From the human T2T-CHM13v2.0 reference genome, Homo sapiens: a stretch of DNA of 64,000 nt. The position numbers and the translations under genes were made by a program. Each line of letters starts with the position of its first letter. Positions within the stretch are counted from its first letter, which is position 1. The stretch lies in assembly GCF_009914755.1 (NCBI RefSeq), contig NC_060928.1; one strand, written 5' to 3'. The notes under the pieces were generated by a model that worked only from the letters and a program-made list of their open reading frames with translations, was not told the DNA's origin and did not search any database. Positions 13,687-27,269 of the stretch are shown here, piece after piece.

Positions 13687-14041
<355 letters not shown>

Positions 14042-14194
14042 CTAATATTATAATATATTTTGTTTAGCAAAAATACATTAGTCAGTTATTTATCTTAAAT
14101 TTCCTTTATCCTCCTGAGTCTAACATGTTTATTTTTATACTGGACTTTGGTCTATCCATTTCACATATGGGTCAACTATTTCCTATACAGATAG

Positions 14195-14662
14195 TTTAGT
14201 TATCTGTTAGCTGCATAGCAACCTAATCCCAAAATAGTGTTTTAACATTTCTTCACCATCTCTGAGTTGTCTGGACTCAGCTGAATGGTTGTTCTGCTTC
14301 CTATGATGTCAGCGAGGGCTATAGTCATGTGAGGTCATACGTGGCCTACAACATCCAAGATGGCTGCCTCCTATAACTGGCAACGGATGTAAGCTGTTGG
14401 TTGAGAAATGCTAGTAAGCAGGTCTCCTAAGTTTTCCTCCACATGACCTCTCCATGTGGCTGGTTTCTGAGAAGGAGTACCCAAAGAGTGAACATTTCAA
14501 GAGAAGGAAGCAGCAGCTAAAGGTCTCTTAAGGCCTCCTTTCTGTGCATTCAGTTGCTCAAAGGCCAGCCCAGATTCAAAGGAGGAGAAATAAACACTCC
14601 TGTTGATCTGATGTGCATTAAAGAGAAGAAATTAGTGAGTCATTTTTAAAGACTGATCATTA
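14195..14662 (-). mobile_element. MLT1H-like MaLR LTR
   Basis: GGACTCAGCTGAATGGTTGTTCTGC, CATCCAAGATGGC and GGCCAGCCCAGATTCAAAGGAGGAGAAATAAAC are typical reverse MLT1H/G motifs. Confidence 0.65.
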
Positions 14663-16319
14663 AATATAGTTATCCTGTTATATTTTTTCATAAATGATTT
14701 CCTTCTCCATTCTACCCCTATAAATTTTTCTCTATATGTGAGAATTTAAAATCTGTGGTTTCTTTCTATGTACTAATCTACACATAGTTGTGTTTATTAT
14801 TTGTCTTTGATGAATATATTATATGATACTGAAAGCCTGATATCCTATTAAACATTTAAATAAATATTTCACATTTTAGAATTCTGAGCTCTAACTCCTT
14901 CTTTATCCTCAGCATTAGAATTAGACAAAAGCACTCAGATGTAAAATATACCAAATGAGGCAGTGGGGGAGGTAGGTGGTAAAATAGTTTTTTTGTTAGT
15001 CTTCTTTTTCTCTTTTTGTTCATATATTTTGAGCTCTCAAAATGGCTGTAAAATGCTTTATTACATTGCTAATATATGCTTAATTTAAAAAAATCCAAAC
15101 TCTACCAAATTTAGCTAAATGAAATAATTATATGCTGTATTGGTGTGTAAGAGGTGGGGAGAAGGAGCACATTCTAAACTTCCTTGCTCTTTTCTAAATT
15201 TGTCTGTGAGAGAGCACCGATTAAGAGTCAGAATTTCTAACTCCAGTGTGGACTTCAATGGAGTAACTATTAAACAAGATGCATAACAAGGGTTACCATG
15301 ATAATCAGGTGAAGTTATTAAATAGAAAAGAACATATTTCTGTCTTTTATAAGAAGAAAGACATCATTTCCATAGAGAAATGAAGGAACTCTGAAGCCTG
15401 GAAACCCTTGGGAGGGGAGCACATGTATTATTCTAGATTAGAACTAAACATTCCAGCATGAAGGATGACCTCATATGGCCTCCCTGTCGAAAGGTATGTA
15501 AAAACAAATGTTATAACTATGAATTTGACATTAACCATGGGGAAATTTAAGACAAATGGAAGTTATACATTATTGATGAATCTCTTTGGGAAACTTGTTG
15601 AAGTTATATGGCAATTTTTCATTCACTAATCAGACAATAAGGTTATTGGGTCATGAATGGTAGGTAGACTTAGCAAATAGTATTCCTATTGTGTAAGTTC
15701 TTCTTGTGCCTTTTCTTGTTATTAGGTAAATTATACCTGGATATTCTTTAAATGGGAAATTGTCTGTGTTCGTGTAATTGAAGCAACATCACATCTGTTA
15801 ATAGAGAGTAGAAGGTATAATCAGAATTTTGTTACAAGTGGAAAAGAAGGAAATTAATATTCTTTTTGTTTTTAGACATGCAACCTATGTATTAAGTAAG
15901 ACATTGTTGATGGTAAGTACGTACTGCTCGGCATTGATTTCTTACTTGCTGCAAGGAGGTAGACCCAAGGGGAACTCAAATATGGAAGACAGGAAATAAG
16001 AAGTCAATATAGTGAAAGGCAAGAACTTGATTTGATGAAACTCATCATTAAATGATGAAACTGATCACTCAACATATGCTATTACTAGAGCTTTTTAGTA
16101 GAGATATGTTACTATTGGTGTGAGCCAATATAAATTTGCATTGTAATAAAGAGCACTGGATCTGAAATGAGACTAGCAAATCACTTACTATCTCAGTGTT
16201 TCTTTGAATATCTATAAGATAGGGGTAAAAACCGAATATAAGGTAAGGTACATGAGAAAAATTGTCATGATATTTAGGAGTTTTAGTAATAATTATATAA
16301 ACATTAATATTTCTGGGTA

Positions 16320-16662
16320 AGTTTCACAAAAGAGAAAATCTTCTAAGAAGCTAAAAGGGGTAAGCTTTCCTATAAAGGAACGAGGAGAGAATTATAGCAA
16401 AATTTCATCAGAAATCATGCAAGCAAGAAGAAAGTAAAGTAAAATGTTTGAATTGTTTAAAAAAAAAACACACCAACCTAAACTTCTGTATCCAGTAAAA
16501 TTAACCTCCCAAAGTGAAAAAGAAATAACTTTCTCAGACAAACAAAAACTGAGGTACTCCATTTTCAGTAGACTTCCACTACAAGATGTTAAAAGATGTT
16601 CTTCAGAAGGAAAGCGATACAATATAGAATCTCAAATTTACATAAAGAAAGGAAGAAAATCA
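16320..16662 (+). mobile_element. Old L1M (L1MC-like) ORF1 3' part; host element resumes at ~20660
   Basis: Translates to HQPKLLYPVKLTSQSEKEITFSDKQKL, homologous to the L1 ORF1 QPRISYPAKLSF...F.DKQ.L motif. Confidence 0.75.
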
Positions 16663-17953
16663 CGTTAGTCCATAAAACAAGTCTTAACAAATTGAATACA
16701 ATAGGGATTATATCAAATATCTTTTCTGAGCAAAATGGTATAAACCTGGAAATCAACAACCAAAAAAAAAAAAAACCCTCAGAAACTTTACAAATACATG
16801 GAAATTAAACAACATGGGTCTACACCACCAATGGGTCAATAAAAATGTTAAAAGAAAAATTAAAATTTTTCGAGACAAACGAATGGAAGTGGATCATATC
16901 AAAACCTATGGGACACAGCAAAAGCAGTTCTAAGATGCAAGTTTATAGCAAAAAACACCTACATCAGAAAAAAATAAAGCCTTCTAATAAAAAACCTACC
17001 AATGCACCTCAAGGAACTAGAAAAACAAGAACAAACAAACCCCCAAACTGGTAGAAGAAAGGAAAGAATAATACTCAGAGCACAAATAAATGAAATAGAG
17101 ACTTAAAAAAAAATTTAAAAGAACAATGAACAAAGAGTAGGTTTTTCAAAAACATAAACAAAATGGATGAACTATCAGTTAGATTAACTTAGAAAAAGGA
17201 GAGAAGACTCAAATAAAAGGATTAAAAAGGAGACATTACAACTGATACCATAGAAAAACAAAGAATCATGAAATTATTATGAATGACTATATGTCAACAA
17301 ATTTAATAACATATAAAAGTGGATAAATTCCTGTACACATACAAGCTACTGGGATTAAATTATAAAGTAGAATATCTGAACAGATCGATAATGAGTGAGG
17401 AAATTGAATGAGTAATAAAAAATCTCCATCAGAGAAAACTCTAGAACATGATGGCTTCACTGCCAAATTCCATCAAACTTTTAAAGAACTAATACCAATT
17501 CTCCCCAAACTATTCCAAAAAATAGGAGTGAATACTTCAAAACTCAATTTATGAGCTCAGCATTACCCTGATTCCAAAACTGAAATAGGACACAACAGAA
17601 AAAAAAATACCACAGACTCATATCCCTGATGAACAGAGATGCAAAAATTCTCATTAAAAAGATCATTTACTATGATGGAGTGGGATTCATCCCAGGGATG
17701 CAAGTTAATAAGTATAATCCACCACATTAACAGAAAAAAGACAAAGAACATATAATAATTACAATAGAAACAAACATTTGACAAAATTCAATATCCCTTC
17801 ATGTTAAAAACTCTCAACAAATATCTATCTATATCTACATATAGAAAGTATGTATTAAATACCTCAACAAAATTAAGGCCATATATGCCAAACTTACAGC
17901 TAATATCATACCAAATGAGGAAGAGATGAAAAAGTTTTCCTCCATGATCAGGA

Positions 17954-18937
17954 GGATCTTTTTCTGCTGTGATAAGCTAAAATTTCTATTATTTATTTAA
18001 TTCTTCTGATGCATTTTACTCAGTCCAGTCCAGTGATGAGAATGTTTATTCTACATTGCTTGGAACATCTGGATAGCTACATACATGAATTAAAGTACAG
18101 TGCACTTAATACAAATGTTCTACAAAAATAAGACATTTCATTTATTAAAATTTCACAGAGAGGCATACAAGACTACAACAATTACTGAGGTGAAAGTCTA
18201 CAGTTTTTAAGAAGTCAGATGGGCTGGGCACATAGGCTTACGCCTATAATCCCAGCACTTTGGGAGGCTGAGGTGAGTGGATTCCTTGAGCTTAGGAGTT
18301 CAAGATGAGCCTGAGCAAATGGTGAAACACTGTCTTTACCAAAAATACAAAAACAATTAGCTGGGCTTGGTGGTGCACCTGTGGTCCTAGCTACTCAGGA
18401 GGCTGAGGTGAGAGGATCATCTGAGCCCAGGGAGGCAGAGGTTGCAGTGAGCCGAGATCATGCCACAAAACTCCAACCTGAGTGACAGAGTGAGACCCAA
18501 GCTTAAAAAGAAAAAAAAGTCAGATGGTTGTCTAACTCCAGGCTTTGTATATTCTGGTTCAGGGGTTATGGAGAAACATGGCCAATGTGAGAAACAACAG
18601 CAACTGTAAGCCCTTGGCAACACACTAAGAATATGGTTCCCCTTAATACAGAGTCCATGGATATAGAAGCTGCAGCCAGTACACTTTATTTCTGTTAGTC
18701 ATACTCTGTATAATTGATTTGTAATCTTTTTGGGGGCAGGATAACTGTGCAGGAATTTTAACAAACTGGACTGATCTACTGATAAGGAGAAGGTCAGCCT
18801 TATCCCCACAAGTAAGCCCACACACACTGGTACTGCCAGTTAACTGAGGAGAAACTTGTCTCTATGCCAAGTATCCCCTGCTGAGTAATCCCTTCCACTG
18901 CCCCAGCATCTGAGATGAGGATGTGGATATTCAGCTG
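17954..18937 (-). other. Non-L1 insert of unknown origin, possibly a 3' fragment of a retrocopied transcript; contains an AluJ
   Basis: L1 ORF2 breaks after ...ATGATCAGGA (17953) and resumes at AGTAGGACAAGGATGCCCAC (18938). Minus-strand AATAAA at 17992-17997 lies ~29 nt before a short A-run (17959-17963). Confidence 0.5.
18222..18516 (+). mobile_element. AluJb-like SINE
   Basis: Dimeric Alu with GAGGATCATCTGAGCCCAGGGAGG; TSD AAGTCAGATG. Confidence 0.92.
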
Positions 18938-20659
18938 AGTAGGACAAGGATGCCCACTTTCACTACTGCTATTCAGCATAATACCGTAAGTCTTAGCCAG
19001 AGCAACTAGATGAAAGAAACAAAAAGAAGGCATCCAAATTGCAAAGAAGGGTTCAAATTGTTTTTGTAAAATTCATATGGAACCACAAAGGCCCTGAATA
19101 ACCGAAACAGTCCTAAGCAAAAACAACAAAGCTGGATGCATTATATTACCAGACTTCAAAATATACTACAAAGCTATAGTAAACAAAACAGCATGGTACT
19201 GTCATAAAAACAGACACATAGACTAATGGAACCAAATAGCCTACCCAGAAATAAATTAACACATCCACAGCCAACTAATTTTCTACAAAGGTACCAAGAA
19301 CATACATTGAGGGAAAGATGGTCTCTTCAATAAATGGTGCTGGGAAAATTGAATATCTACATGTGGAAGACTATGACTAGTCCACTACCTCTCAACATAT
19401 ACAAAATCAACTCAATATAAATTAGACTTAAATGTAAAACTCAAAACTATGAAACAGCTAGAAGAAAACATAGAGAAGAAGCTTTATGAAATTGGGCTGG
19501 GAAAGAGTCTTATTTTTTAATAAGGCTGCAAAGTCACAGGCAACAAAAATAAAAATAGGCAAATGGAATTAAATCTAACTCAAAAGCTTTTGTACAGCAA
19601 AGAAAACATTAACACAGTAAAGAGACAACCTACAGAATGAAAGAAAATAGACAAAAACTTTATGTCTGTCAAGAGGTTAATATCCAGAATGTATGAGACT
19701 TAAACAACTCAATAGAAAGAGAAAAAATAACAATAAAAAATGGGCAAACAACTTTAATAGATATTTTTCAAAAGAGGACATGCAAATAGCCAACTGGTAT
19801 ATGAAAAAAATGCTCAGTGTCATTAACACAAAGCAAAACCACAATGAGATACCACCTTACTCCAGTCGGAATGGCTATTACCAAAAATATAAAAGAAATC
19901 AAGTATTGGCTAAAATGGGGAGAAAAGGAAACACTTACACACTCTTGGTGGGATTGTAAACTAGTATAGCCATAATGGAAAACAGTATGTAGGTTCCGCA
20001 ATAAATTAAACATAGAATTACTATATGATTCAGAAATGCCACTATTGCATATATATCCAAAGGAAAGGAAATCAGTACGTCAAAAAGATATTTGCACTCT
20101 CGTGTTTATTGCAGCACTATTTACAATAGCCAACATATGGAATCAACCCAAAAGTTTAACAACAGATGAATGGATAAAGGAATTGTGATATATATATATA
20201 TAGAGAGAGGATATAATGTTGAGTGAAATAAGCCAGAGACTAAATGACAGATACTGTATAATCTCACTCATACATGGAATCTTTTTTAAAAAGTTGATAT
20301 AAAAGCAGAGTAAAACTGTGGTTACTACAGACTGGGAAGGGGAGGAGGAATAATAGAATGGTAAGAGGTTGATCAACTAGTACAAATTTTTAATTAAATA
20401 GAAAAAAATGAATTGGGTGGTTCTATTGTAAAATAGGATGACTGTAGTTAACATTAAAATATTCCATATTACAAAACACTTAGAAAAGAGGCTTTTGAAT
20501 ATTCTCATCACAGAAAATGCATAAGATGATGGTTACACTAATTGCCCTGATTGGATCATTATACAACATAGATATATATCAAAACATCAAACTGTACCCT
20601 GTAATTATATGCAATTACAATATGTCAAAATAAAAAATAAATTTTTAAAAACATTTAAA

Positions 20660-23125
20660 AAGTAAATAATAGCAACATTGTATTGGATAATTATATCATG
20701 AACAAGTGAAAGTAATGACAGCAATGTTGTTACAAGAAATATATTTTAAATATAAACATTCAAATAAATTAAAAGGGAAGAAGAATTATATATCATGCTA
20801 ACACTAATTAATGGAAAGTTGGAGTAGCTGTATTAATTTCAGACAAAAGCAGATTTTAGAATAGGGAAAATTCTCAGGGATAAACAAGAGCACTACATAA
20901 TGATAGAAAGGTCAATACTCTATGAAGACATAACAATTTTTAACATGTATGCACCTAACAATAGAGCATCAAAATACAAGAGAAAAACTGTTAAAACTGT
21001 AAAAAGAAACGGACAAGTCCACTATTATAGCTGGAGACTTCAAAAGCCCTCTTTCAGTAGTTGATAGATTCAGCAGGCAGAAAATCAATAAGGATATAGT
21101 TGTCCTGAACAGCACTATCGATCAGTTCCAACTAATTGATATTTAAAGAACACTTCCTTAAAGAAAAGCAGAAAACACATTCTCTTCAAACTCACATGGA
21201 ACTTTCATTAAGATAGGCCACATTCTTGGCCATGAAATATATCTTAACTTTAAAGGGATAAAAATCATACAAAGTATGTCCTCAGATGACAATGAAATTA
21301 AAATATAAATCAATAACAAACAAATTTTCAAATATCTGGAGATTAAGCAATAACACTTCTAAAAAACAAATGGGTCAAAGAAGAAGTCTCAAAATGAATA
21401 AAATACATTTTGAACTAAGTGAAATTAAAAATACAAATTATAATTTGTGGGATGCAGTGAAAGTATTAAGAGGGAAATTTTTAGTTATAACACTAAATAT
21501 ATATATCAGAAAAGAAAAACTATCTAAAATCAATGATATAAGCTTCCATTTTAAGAAGTTACAAAAAGAATAGAAATTTAGCCTAAGACAAGCACAAGAA
21601 AAGAAACCAATAAAAGTTAAAACAGAAATGATCAAAATTTGAAAATAGAAACAATAGATAAATTCAATACATTTAATATTTGATTTTTTCAAAATAATTA
21701 TAAAATTAAAAATTCTAGCCATGTTAATCAAGAAAAAAATGAAAGAACACACAATTTATCAGAAATAAAAGAGAGAGCATCCTTACTAGTCACATGAACA
21801 ATGATAGGTTGACAAAGGAATACTATGAACAATGCTATGCCCATGAATTTCCTTGAAAGACACAAACTATCAAAACTCACACAAGGGGAAACAATGTAAA
21901 TATTTGTATGTTTATTTTAAAAATTGAGTAAATAGTAACCTTTCAAAAAAAGGAAACCCAGTTCCAGATGGTTACACTGGTAAATTTTACTAAACATTTA
22001 AGAAAGAAATAATGCTAATTTGTTACAATATTTTCAATAAAATAGAGCACTAACATTTTCTAAATTATGCTATGAGGTCAACATTATCATATTTCCAAAA
22101 CCAGATAAAGACATTACAAGAAAAGAAAACTACAGATCAATATCTGTCATTAACTTAGATGCAAAAATCTTCAACAAAGCAAATTGAATCCAGCAATTTA
22201 TAAAAAGAATTATATACCATAGCCATTTCAGTCTATTTTGTGCTGCTACAACAGAATACCAAAGACTCTATAATTTATAATAAACAGACACTTATTGGCA
22301 TACAGTTCTAGAGACTGGAAAGTTCAATACCAAGCTGCTGGCTTTTGATGAGGGCCTTCTTGCTGCATTATTACATGCCAAGAGGTGAGAGGGTGAGAGA
22401 GAGAGAGAGAGCTCCTGAAGACTTTTTATTTAACGCATTAAAACTCCTATGCGGGTGGATCTGTTGTGGCCTAACAACATTTTAAAGACTCCACCTCCCA
22501 ATACCATTACACCGGCAATTAAATTTCAACATGAGTTTTAGAGGAGACAAACATTCAAACCATAGCAATAGCTAAGTGGGATTTATTCAAGGTATATCAA
22601 AAACAATCAGTACAACCCACCACAACAGGTTTAAGAAGAAAAATCATATGATCCTGTTAATTGTTGCAGAGAAAGCATTTGACAAAATCCAACACCTAAT
22701 CAAGATTAAAAAAGAAAAAACACCCTCAGCAAACTGGAAATAGAGGGAACTCACTTAACTTTATAAAGAATAGCTACAGAAAAACTAACATCATACTTAC
22801 TGGTAAGAAACTGAATGCCTTTCTCCTGAGATCAGGAACACAACAAGGATATCCTTTCTTGCCACTTCCATTCAACATTGCAGTGAAGGTCATAGCTAGT
22901 GCAATAAAACAAGAAAATGAAATAAATACATGTTAGTTGAGAAGAAAAAAATAAAACTGTCTTTATTCATAGAAGACATGATTGCCTGTGGAAAAGCATT
23001 CTATAGAATCAACAAAAAAAAATCTTGGAATTAATACGTAAGCATTGAAATTTCACAAGATAAAAAGTCAATATACGAAAGTCAACTGATACCCTACATA
23101 TAAAAATGAACAACTGAAATTACAT
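20660..23125 (+). mobile_element. Old L1M (L1MC-like) inter-ORF and ORF2 remnant
   Basis: EN-like GGAGTAGCTGTATTAATTTCAGACAAA and TATGCACCTAACAATAGAGCATCAAAATAC; RT-like GCAGAGAAAGCATTTGACAAAATCCAACA. Confidence 0.8.
22224..22567 (-). mobile_element. MST (MSTC-like) solo LTR nested in L1
   Basis: Ends ...AAACATTCAAACCATAGCA; perfect 5-bp TSD ATAGC (22219-22223 / 22568-22572); L1 sequence rejoins across it. Confidence 0.85.
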
Positions 23126-23149
23126 ATGGAAGGAGGTACTAATTACTAA

Positions 23150-25430
23150 CATCAGAAACAAACAGGTAGATTTATTTTACAGATTTTATTATAAAATATA
23201 AAAATACTATAAAGAGCTTACAACAAATTGAAACTGGAACTAAAAATTTACAACAATATCAAAGAAATGTAAGAACCAGACAATGTAATAGTTATTTCTT
23301 CAAAGCAGCTTAAGAAAGATAGTACCATCCATGCAAACTAGTCTAAAAAACATAAGTAAAATTTTTCTAATTATTTTTTAAGGCTAATGAAAGCTTGATA
23401 CTAAAACTTGACTAGTTCATTATAAGAAAGGAAAATTACAAGTCAATATATTTTATAAATATAATGCAATGTTTGTAAAACTACGAACAAATAAAATTCA
23501 AATGTATATACTTTAAAAACTATATTACAAAAAACTTGAACTTATTCCAGAAAGCAAGGTTGCTTTAATATTATAAAATTAAAGTAATTCATCACATTAG
23601 CAAAATAAAAAGGAAAATTCTATGAAGACCTCAAAAGATGCAGGAAAAGCATTGGAAATGATTACAGACCATAATTAAATTATCTTAGAAAATTATGATT
23701 AGAAGAGATATCTAATCATTGTAGATGATGTCTATTGTAGAAATAATATCTACAATAAACATTATATTTAATGCTATAGTATTAAAAGTTTTCATCATGG
23801 GACTGGGAATAAGATAAGAATGTACCCTATTACCATTTGTATTCATTATCATTTTGAAGGTTTCTACTAGTACAATATGGCAAAAAACAAAAAAAAAATG
23901 AAAAAGAAGGAAGGGACAGGGAGAGAGATACAGAGAGAGAAAAAGAGAGAGCAAGAGAAGAGGAAGAACAAGGAGAAGAGAGATGGAAAAGTGACAGAAA
24001 GTGGGGAGAAGGAGGTAAGGAAGGAAAAAGGAAGGAAGAAAGTACAAAAATGGAAAATAAAGAAATAAAACTTTTATTTAAGGTTTACATGTTTTTACAT
24101 TAAAAAGCCCAACGTAAATACAGATAAATTACTAAAAGCAGTACAACTTAAGCAATGTCTTTGCACAGAGGAACAGTATTTAAAAAGCAAAGGTATTTAT
24201 ATGTACCACCAATAAGAAATAAAACTAAAAACTCACATTTAAAATAGCATAATAAAATATGTAGGAAATGACAAAATACATAAAAGTTCTAAATATGCAA
24301 ATCAATAAATTATTGTGAGAAGCACTAAAGAGACCTACAAAAACTGAGAGGTTACTAATATACCAAGTGTTTAGATTGGAAGACTCAGTATTCAATAGAT
24401 TTCAGTTTTCTGCAAATTGGCTTATGTGTTTAATGCAATTCCTGTAAAAATTCTAGAAAGTGTTTTGTTTTGTTTATATTTTTGTAAAAATGGGCAATCA
24501 GATTTTAAGACTAATGGAATGCAAAGAGTCTCAATTAGCCAAGCTATTCTAAAAAGAACAAAATTTGAAGACATTACATAAATTAAGAGAGTATGGCATT
24601 GGCACTTGGATAGACAATTAAATCAGGGCAAAATAGAGTCCAGCAGCAGATCGTCACCACTACTAACACTTGACTTAGGGCAAAGATGACACAATGCTGT
24701 GGAGAAAGGAGGGCTTTTCCAAAAAATAATAACGAGTTAATTGCATATTCAGAAGAAAAAATGATTCTTAACACACAATTCACTCCACACTCAAAAATCA
24801 GTTCCAGATGGATTATAGATCAAAATTTACATGAGATAAAACATAGCTTCTGGAAGATAACATAAGAGAATATCTTCATAATTTTGCAGCAAAGATTTCT
24901 TCAACAGACCACAAAATGTACTAATCATTAGAAAAAATATTTATGAGTTGGATTACATTAACATTTCATGGATTACAGAAAACTAAAAAATTATATGGAA
25001 TTATGTAAAACTATATTAAAATTTTAAAAATCCTATTTTCATCAAAGACAATACTCTTCAAAGGCAAACAAATAAGGGAAAGAAAATATTTGCAATACAT
25101 ATAACATATATGTGTTATATGTGTGTGTTTGTGTGTGTGTGTTTATCACTCTTACAAGTTAATAAAAGACAGGCAACACAATTTTAAAAATAGGCAAGAC
25201 TTGAAAAGACAGCTCACTAAATAAAATATTCAAATGACTATTAAATATCTGAGTTGTTGCAGCTTATTAATCACCAGGAAAATGCAATTTCAATTCATAA
25301 TGTGTTGATACTGTTCTGTTTGTTGATGTGGGTGGTGACTATAAATGTGTTCATTTTGTACAAAATTATTAAAATACATTTATGATTTGTACACTCTGTG
25401 TATTATACTTCAATAGAAATGTTTATTTAT
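23150..25430 (+). mobile_element. Very old L1M (L1ME-like) ORF2/3' remnant with GA-rich low-complexity tract at ~23885-24060
   Basis: Degraded ORF2 motifs (AGATGCAGGAAAAGCATT, GATTGGAAGACTCAGTATT) and L1ME-like 3' end (TATGATTTGTACACTCTGTGTATTATACTTCAATA). Confidence 0.6.
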
Positions 25431-25658
25431 ACAAGGGATAAGTGAGTTTGGGAGTTAGGGGGATTTGGCTGGTAGAGATGGAAGAAAAAATGCTGATGGT
25501 ATTTACCATCATATTTTCCACATGATTTCCTTTTCTCATCTCTGTCTCTTTTCTTTTCATCACATAATCACATTGTAAGTGTTTCAGTAGAAGAAGTGTG
25601 GTGATGGTGTTAGGATTAGGGATGGAAAAAGCAAAATTAAGGTTATTCTCTTCTCCGT

Positions 25659-26014
25659 TGTATTAGTCTATTCTCACACTACTGTGGAGAAATACCCGAG
25701 ACTGGGTAATCCATAAAGAAAAGAGGTTTAATTGACTCACAATTCCACATGGCTGGGGAGGCCTCGGGAAACTCACAATCATGGTGGAAGTCACCTCTTT
25801 ACAGGGTAGCAGGAGAGAGAATGAGTGCCGAGTGAAGAGGGAAGCCCCTTATAAAACCATCAGATCTTGTGAGAACTCACTCACTATCACGAGAACGCAT
25901 GGGGGAAACTGCCTCCATGATTCAATTATCTCCACCTGGCCCTGCCCTTGACATGTGGGGATGATTACAATTCAAGATGAGATTTGGGTGGGAACACAGA
26001 GCCAAATCATGTCA
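25659..26014 (-). mobile_element. THE1 (THE1C-like) solo LTR
   Basis: TGTATTAGTC...CCCCTTATAAAACCATCAGATCT...GAGATTTGGGTGGGAACACAGAGCCAAATCATGTCA. Confidence 0.88.
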
Positions 26015-26519
26015 CCCACCCATTTCATTTCCTCCTGTTTTAATTCTGTGTTCCTTTCTGCATAATGAATATTTAGCAGAAGGAAATGGAGGATTGAGAG
26101 TAGGAGTTTCAAGTGAGAAGATCAAACTTTCCTCTTATTCCCCCCAGTCTTGATAAATTAGTCCTGCTGCTAGATTAACACTGGAAGAGGGTGCTTGAGG
26201 AGTCAGTCAGTTATAGGGTTCACTGCTGTGAAGGGGAAGAGTCAGAAAATAACTGATGGTGACAATAAGTAGGGAAATGAAACACCAATGAATAATCTAG
26301 GCTGTATCTAATGGAAACAGAATAGCTGAACAGTGAAGATCATGGGCATTAGAGATAGACCAGCATTTAAATTCTGTTACTGTGTGACTTTAAGCAACTT
26401 ACTTATTTTCCCAAATTCTCAATTTTCTCATCTGCAGTGTGTATGAAATACCAATGCCTATTTCAATTAAGTTGTAATGATTAAATAAAAATGATGTACA
26501 AAAAATGCTTATGGATACC

Positions 26520-26902
26520 TGATATAGTTTGGCTCTGTGTCCCCACCAAAATCTCATGTCCAATTGTAATCCCCATGTGTCAGGGGAGGGGCCGGGTAGA
26601 AGGTGATTAGATCATAGGGGCACATTTTCCCGTTACTGTTTCAAGTATAGTGAGTTCTCAGGAGATCTGATGGTTTTAAAGTGTATGGCACTTCCCCCTT
26701 CACTCTCTCTGTCTCCTGCCACCACGTGAAGAAGGGCCTTACTTACCCTTCAACTTCAGCCATGATGGTAAATTACCTAAGGCCTCCAAGTGTCATGCTT
26801 CCTGTTAAGCCTGTGGAACTGTGAGTCAATTAAACCTCTTTTCTTCATAAATTACCCAGTTTCAGGTAGTTCTTTATAGCAGTGTGAAAATGGACTAATA
26901 CA
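26520..26902 (+). mobile_element. THE1 (THE1D-like) solo LTR inside a MIR
   Basis: TGATATAGTTTGGCTCTGTGTCCCCACC...GGACTAATACA; perfect TSD ATACC (26515-26519 / 26903-26907). Confidence 0.9.
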
Positions 26903-27269
26903 ATACCTGATGCAGAATAGGCACTAAAAATATGTTAACTGGGAAAATTATGATAGTGATAGAGTGCTTCAGAATCTTGCCTCAACAGTCTTTTATTTTA
27001 TACCTTTTTAGGTTAACTAGCCCTCAGACCAACAATGTCATTGGTTGAAGAGGGCTGTCCATTTCATCTGATAGAGGGCTCTTTAGGCAGCTTCTATACT
27101 CATTAGGTTCGTCAAATATGAACTGTTCCAGATGACTAGTAATAAGACATTTTCACTGATGGCAATTGATGTTTCTCCTTTCCAACACATCAAAGTCTAT
27201 CAAAAACTGAATCACTTGCATTCTGACATCACTCCATATGCTGCAAAATTTCTTCTACTAACTTTAATT

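Larger units (their letters stand above)
16663..20650 (+). mobile_element. 5'-truncated L1MA (MA6/7-like), ORF2 to 3' end, nested in the older L1M; interrupted at 17954-18937
   Basis: Degraded ORF2 from the end of EN to the C-terminus; L1MA-type 3' UTR (GATGATGGTTACACTAATTGCCCTGATTGGATCATTATACAAC...TGTACCCTGTAATTATATGCAATTAC) and A-rich tail; internal deletion near 19065. Confidence 0.85.

Noticed and set aside
18029-18073. Box C/D snoRNA-like motif TCCAG-TGATGA...CTGGA
   Set aside because: Only 45 nt long and no proper box D (CTGA) before the stem; likely chance.
18640-18690. Minus-strand peptide [13 protein letters not shown] resembling half a PHD/RING finger
   Set aside because: The other ligands are absent and an in-frame stop lies a few codons upstream; not enough to name a gene.
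23877-24068. Lys/Glu-rich ORF and hydrophobic antisense ORF
   Set aside because: Translation artefact of a GA-rich low-complexity tract.
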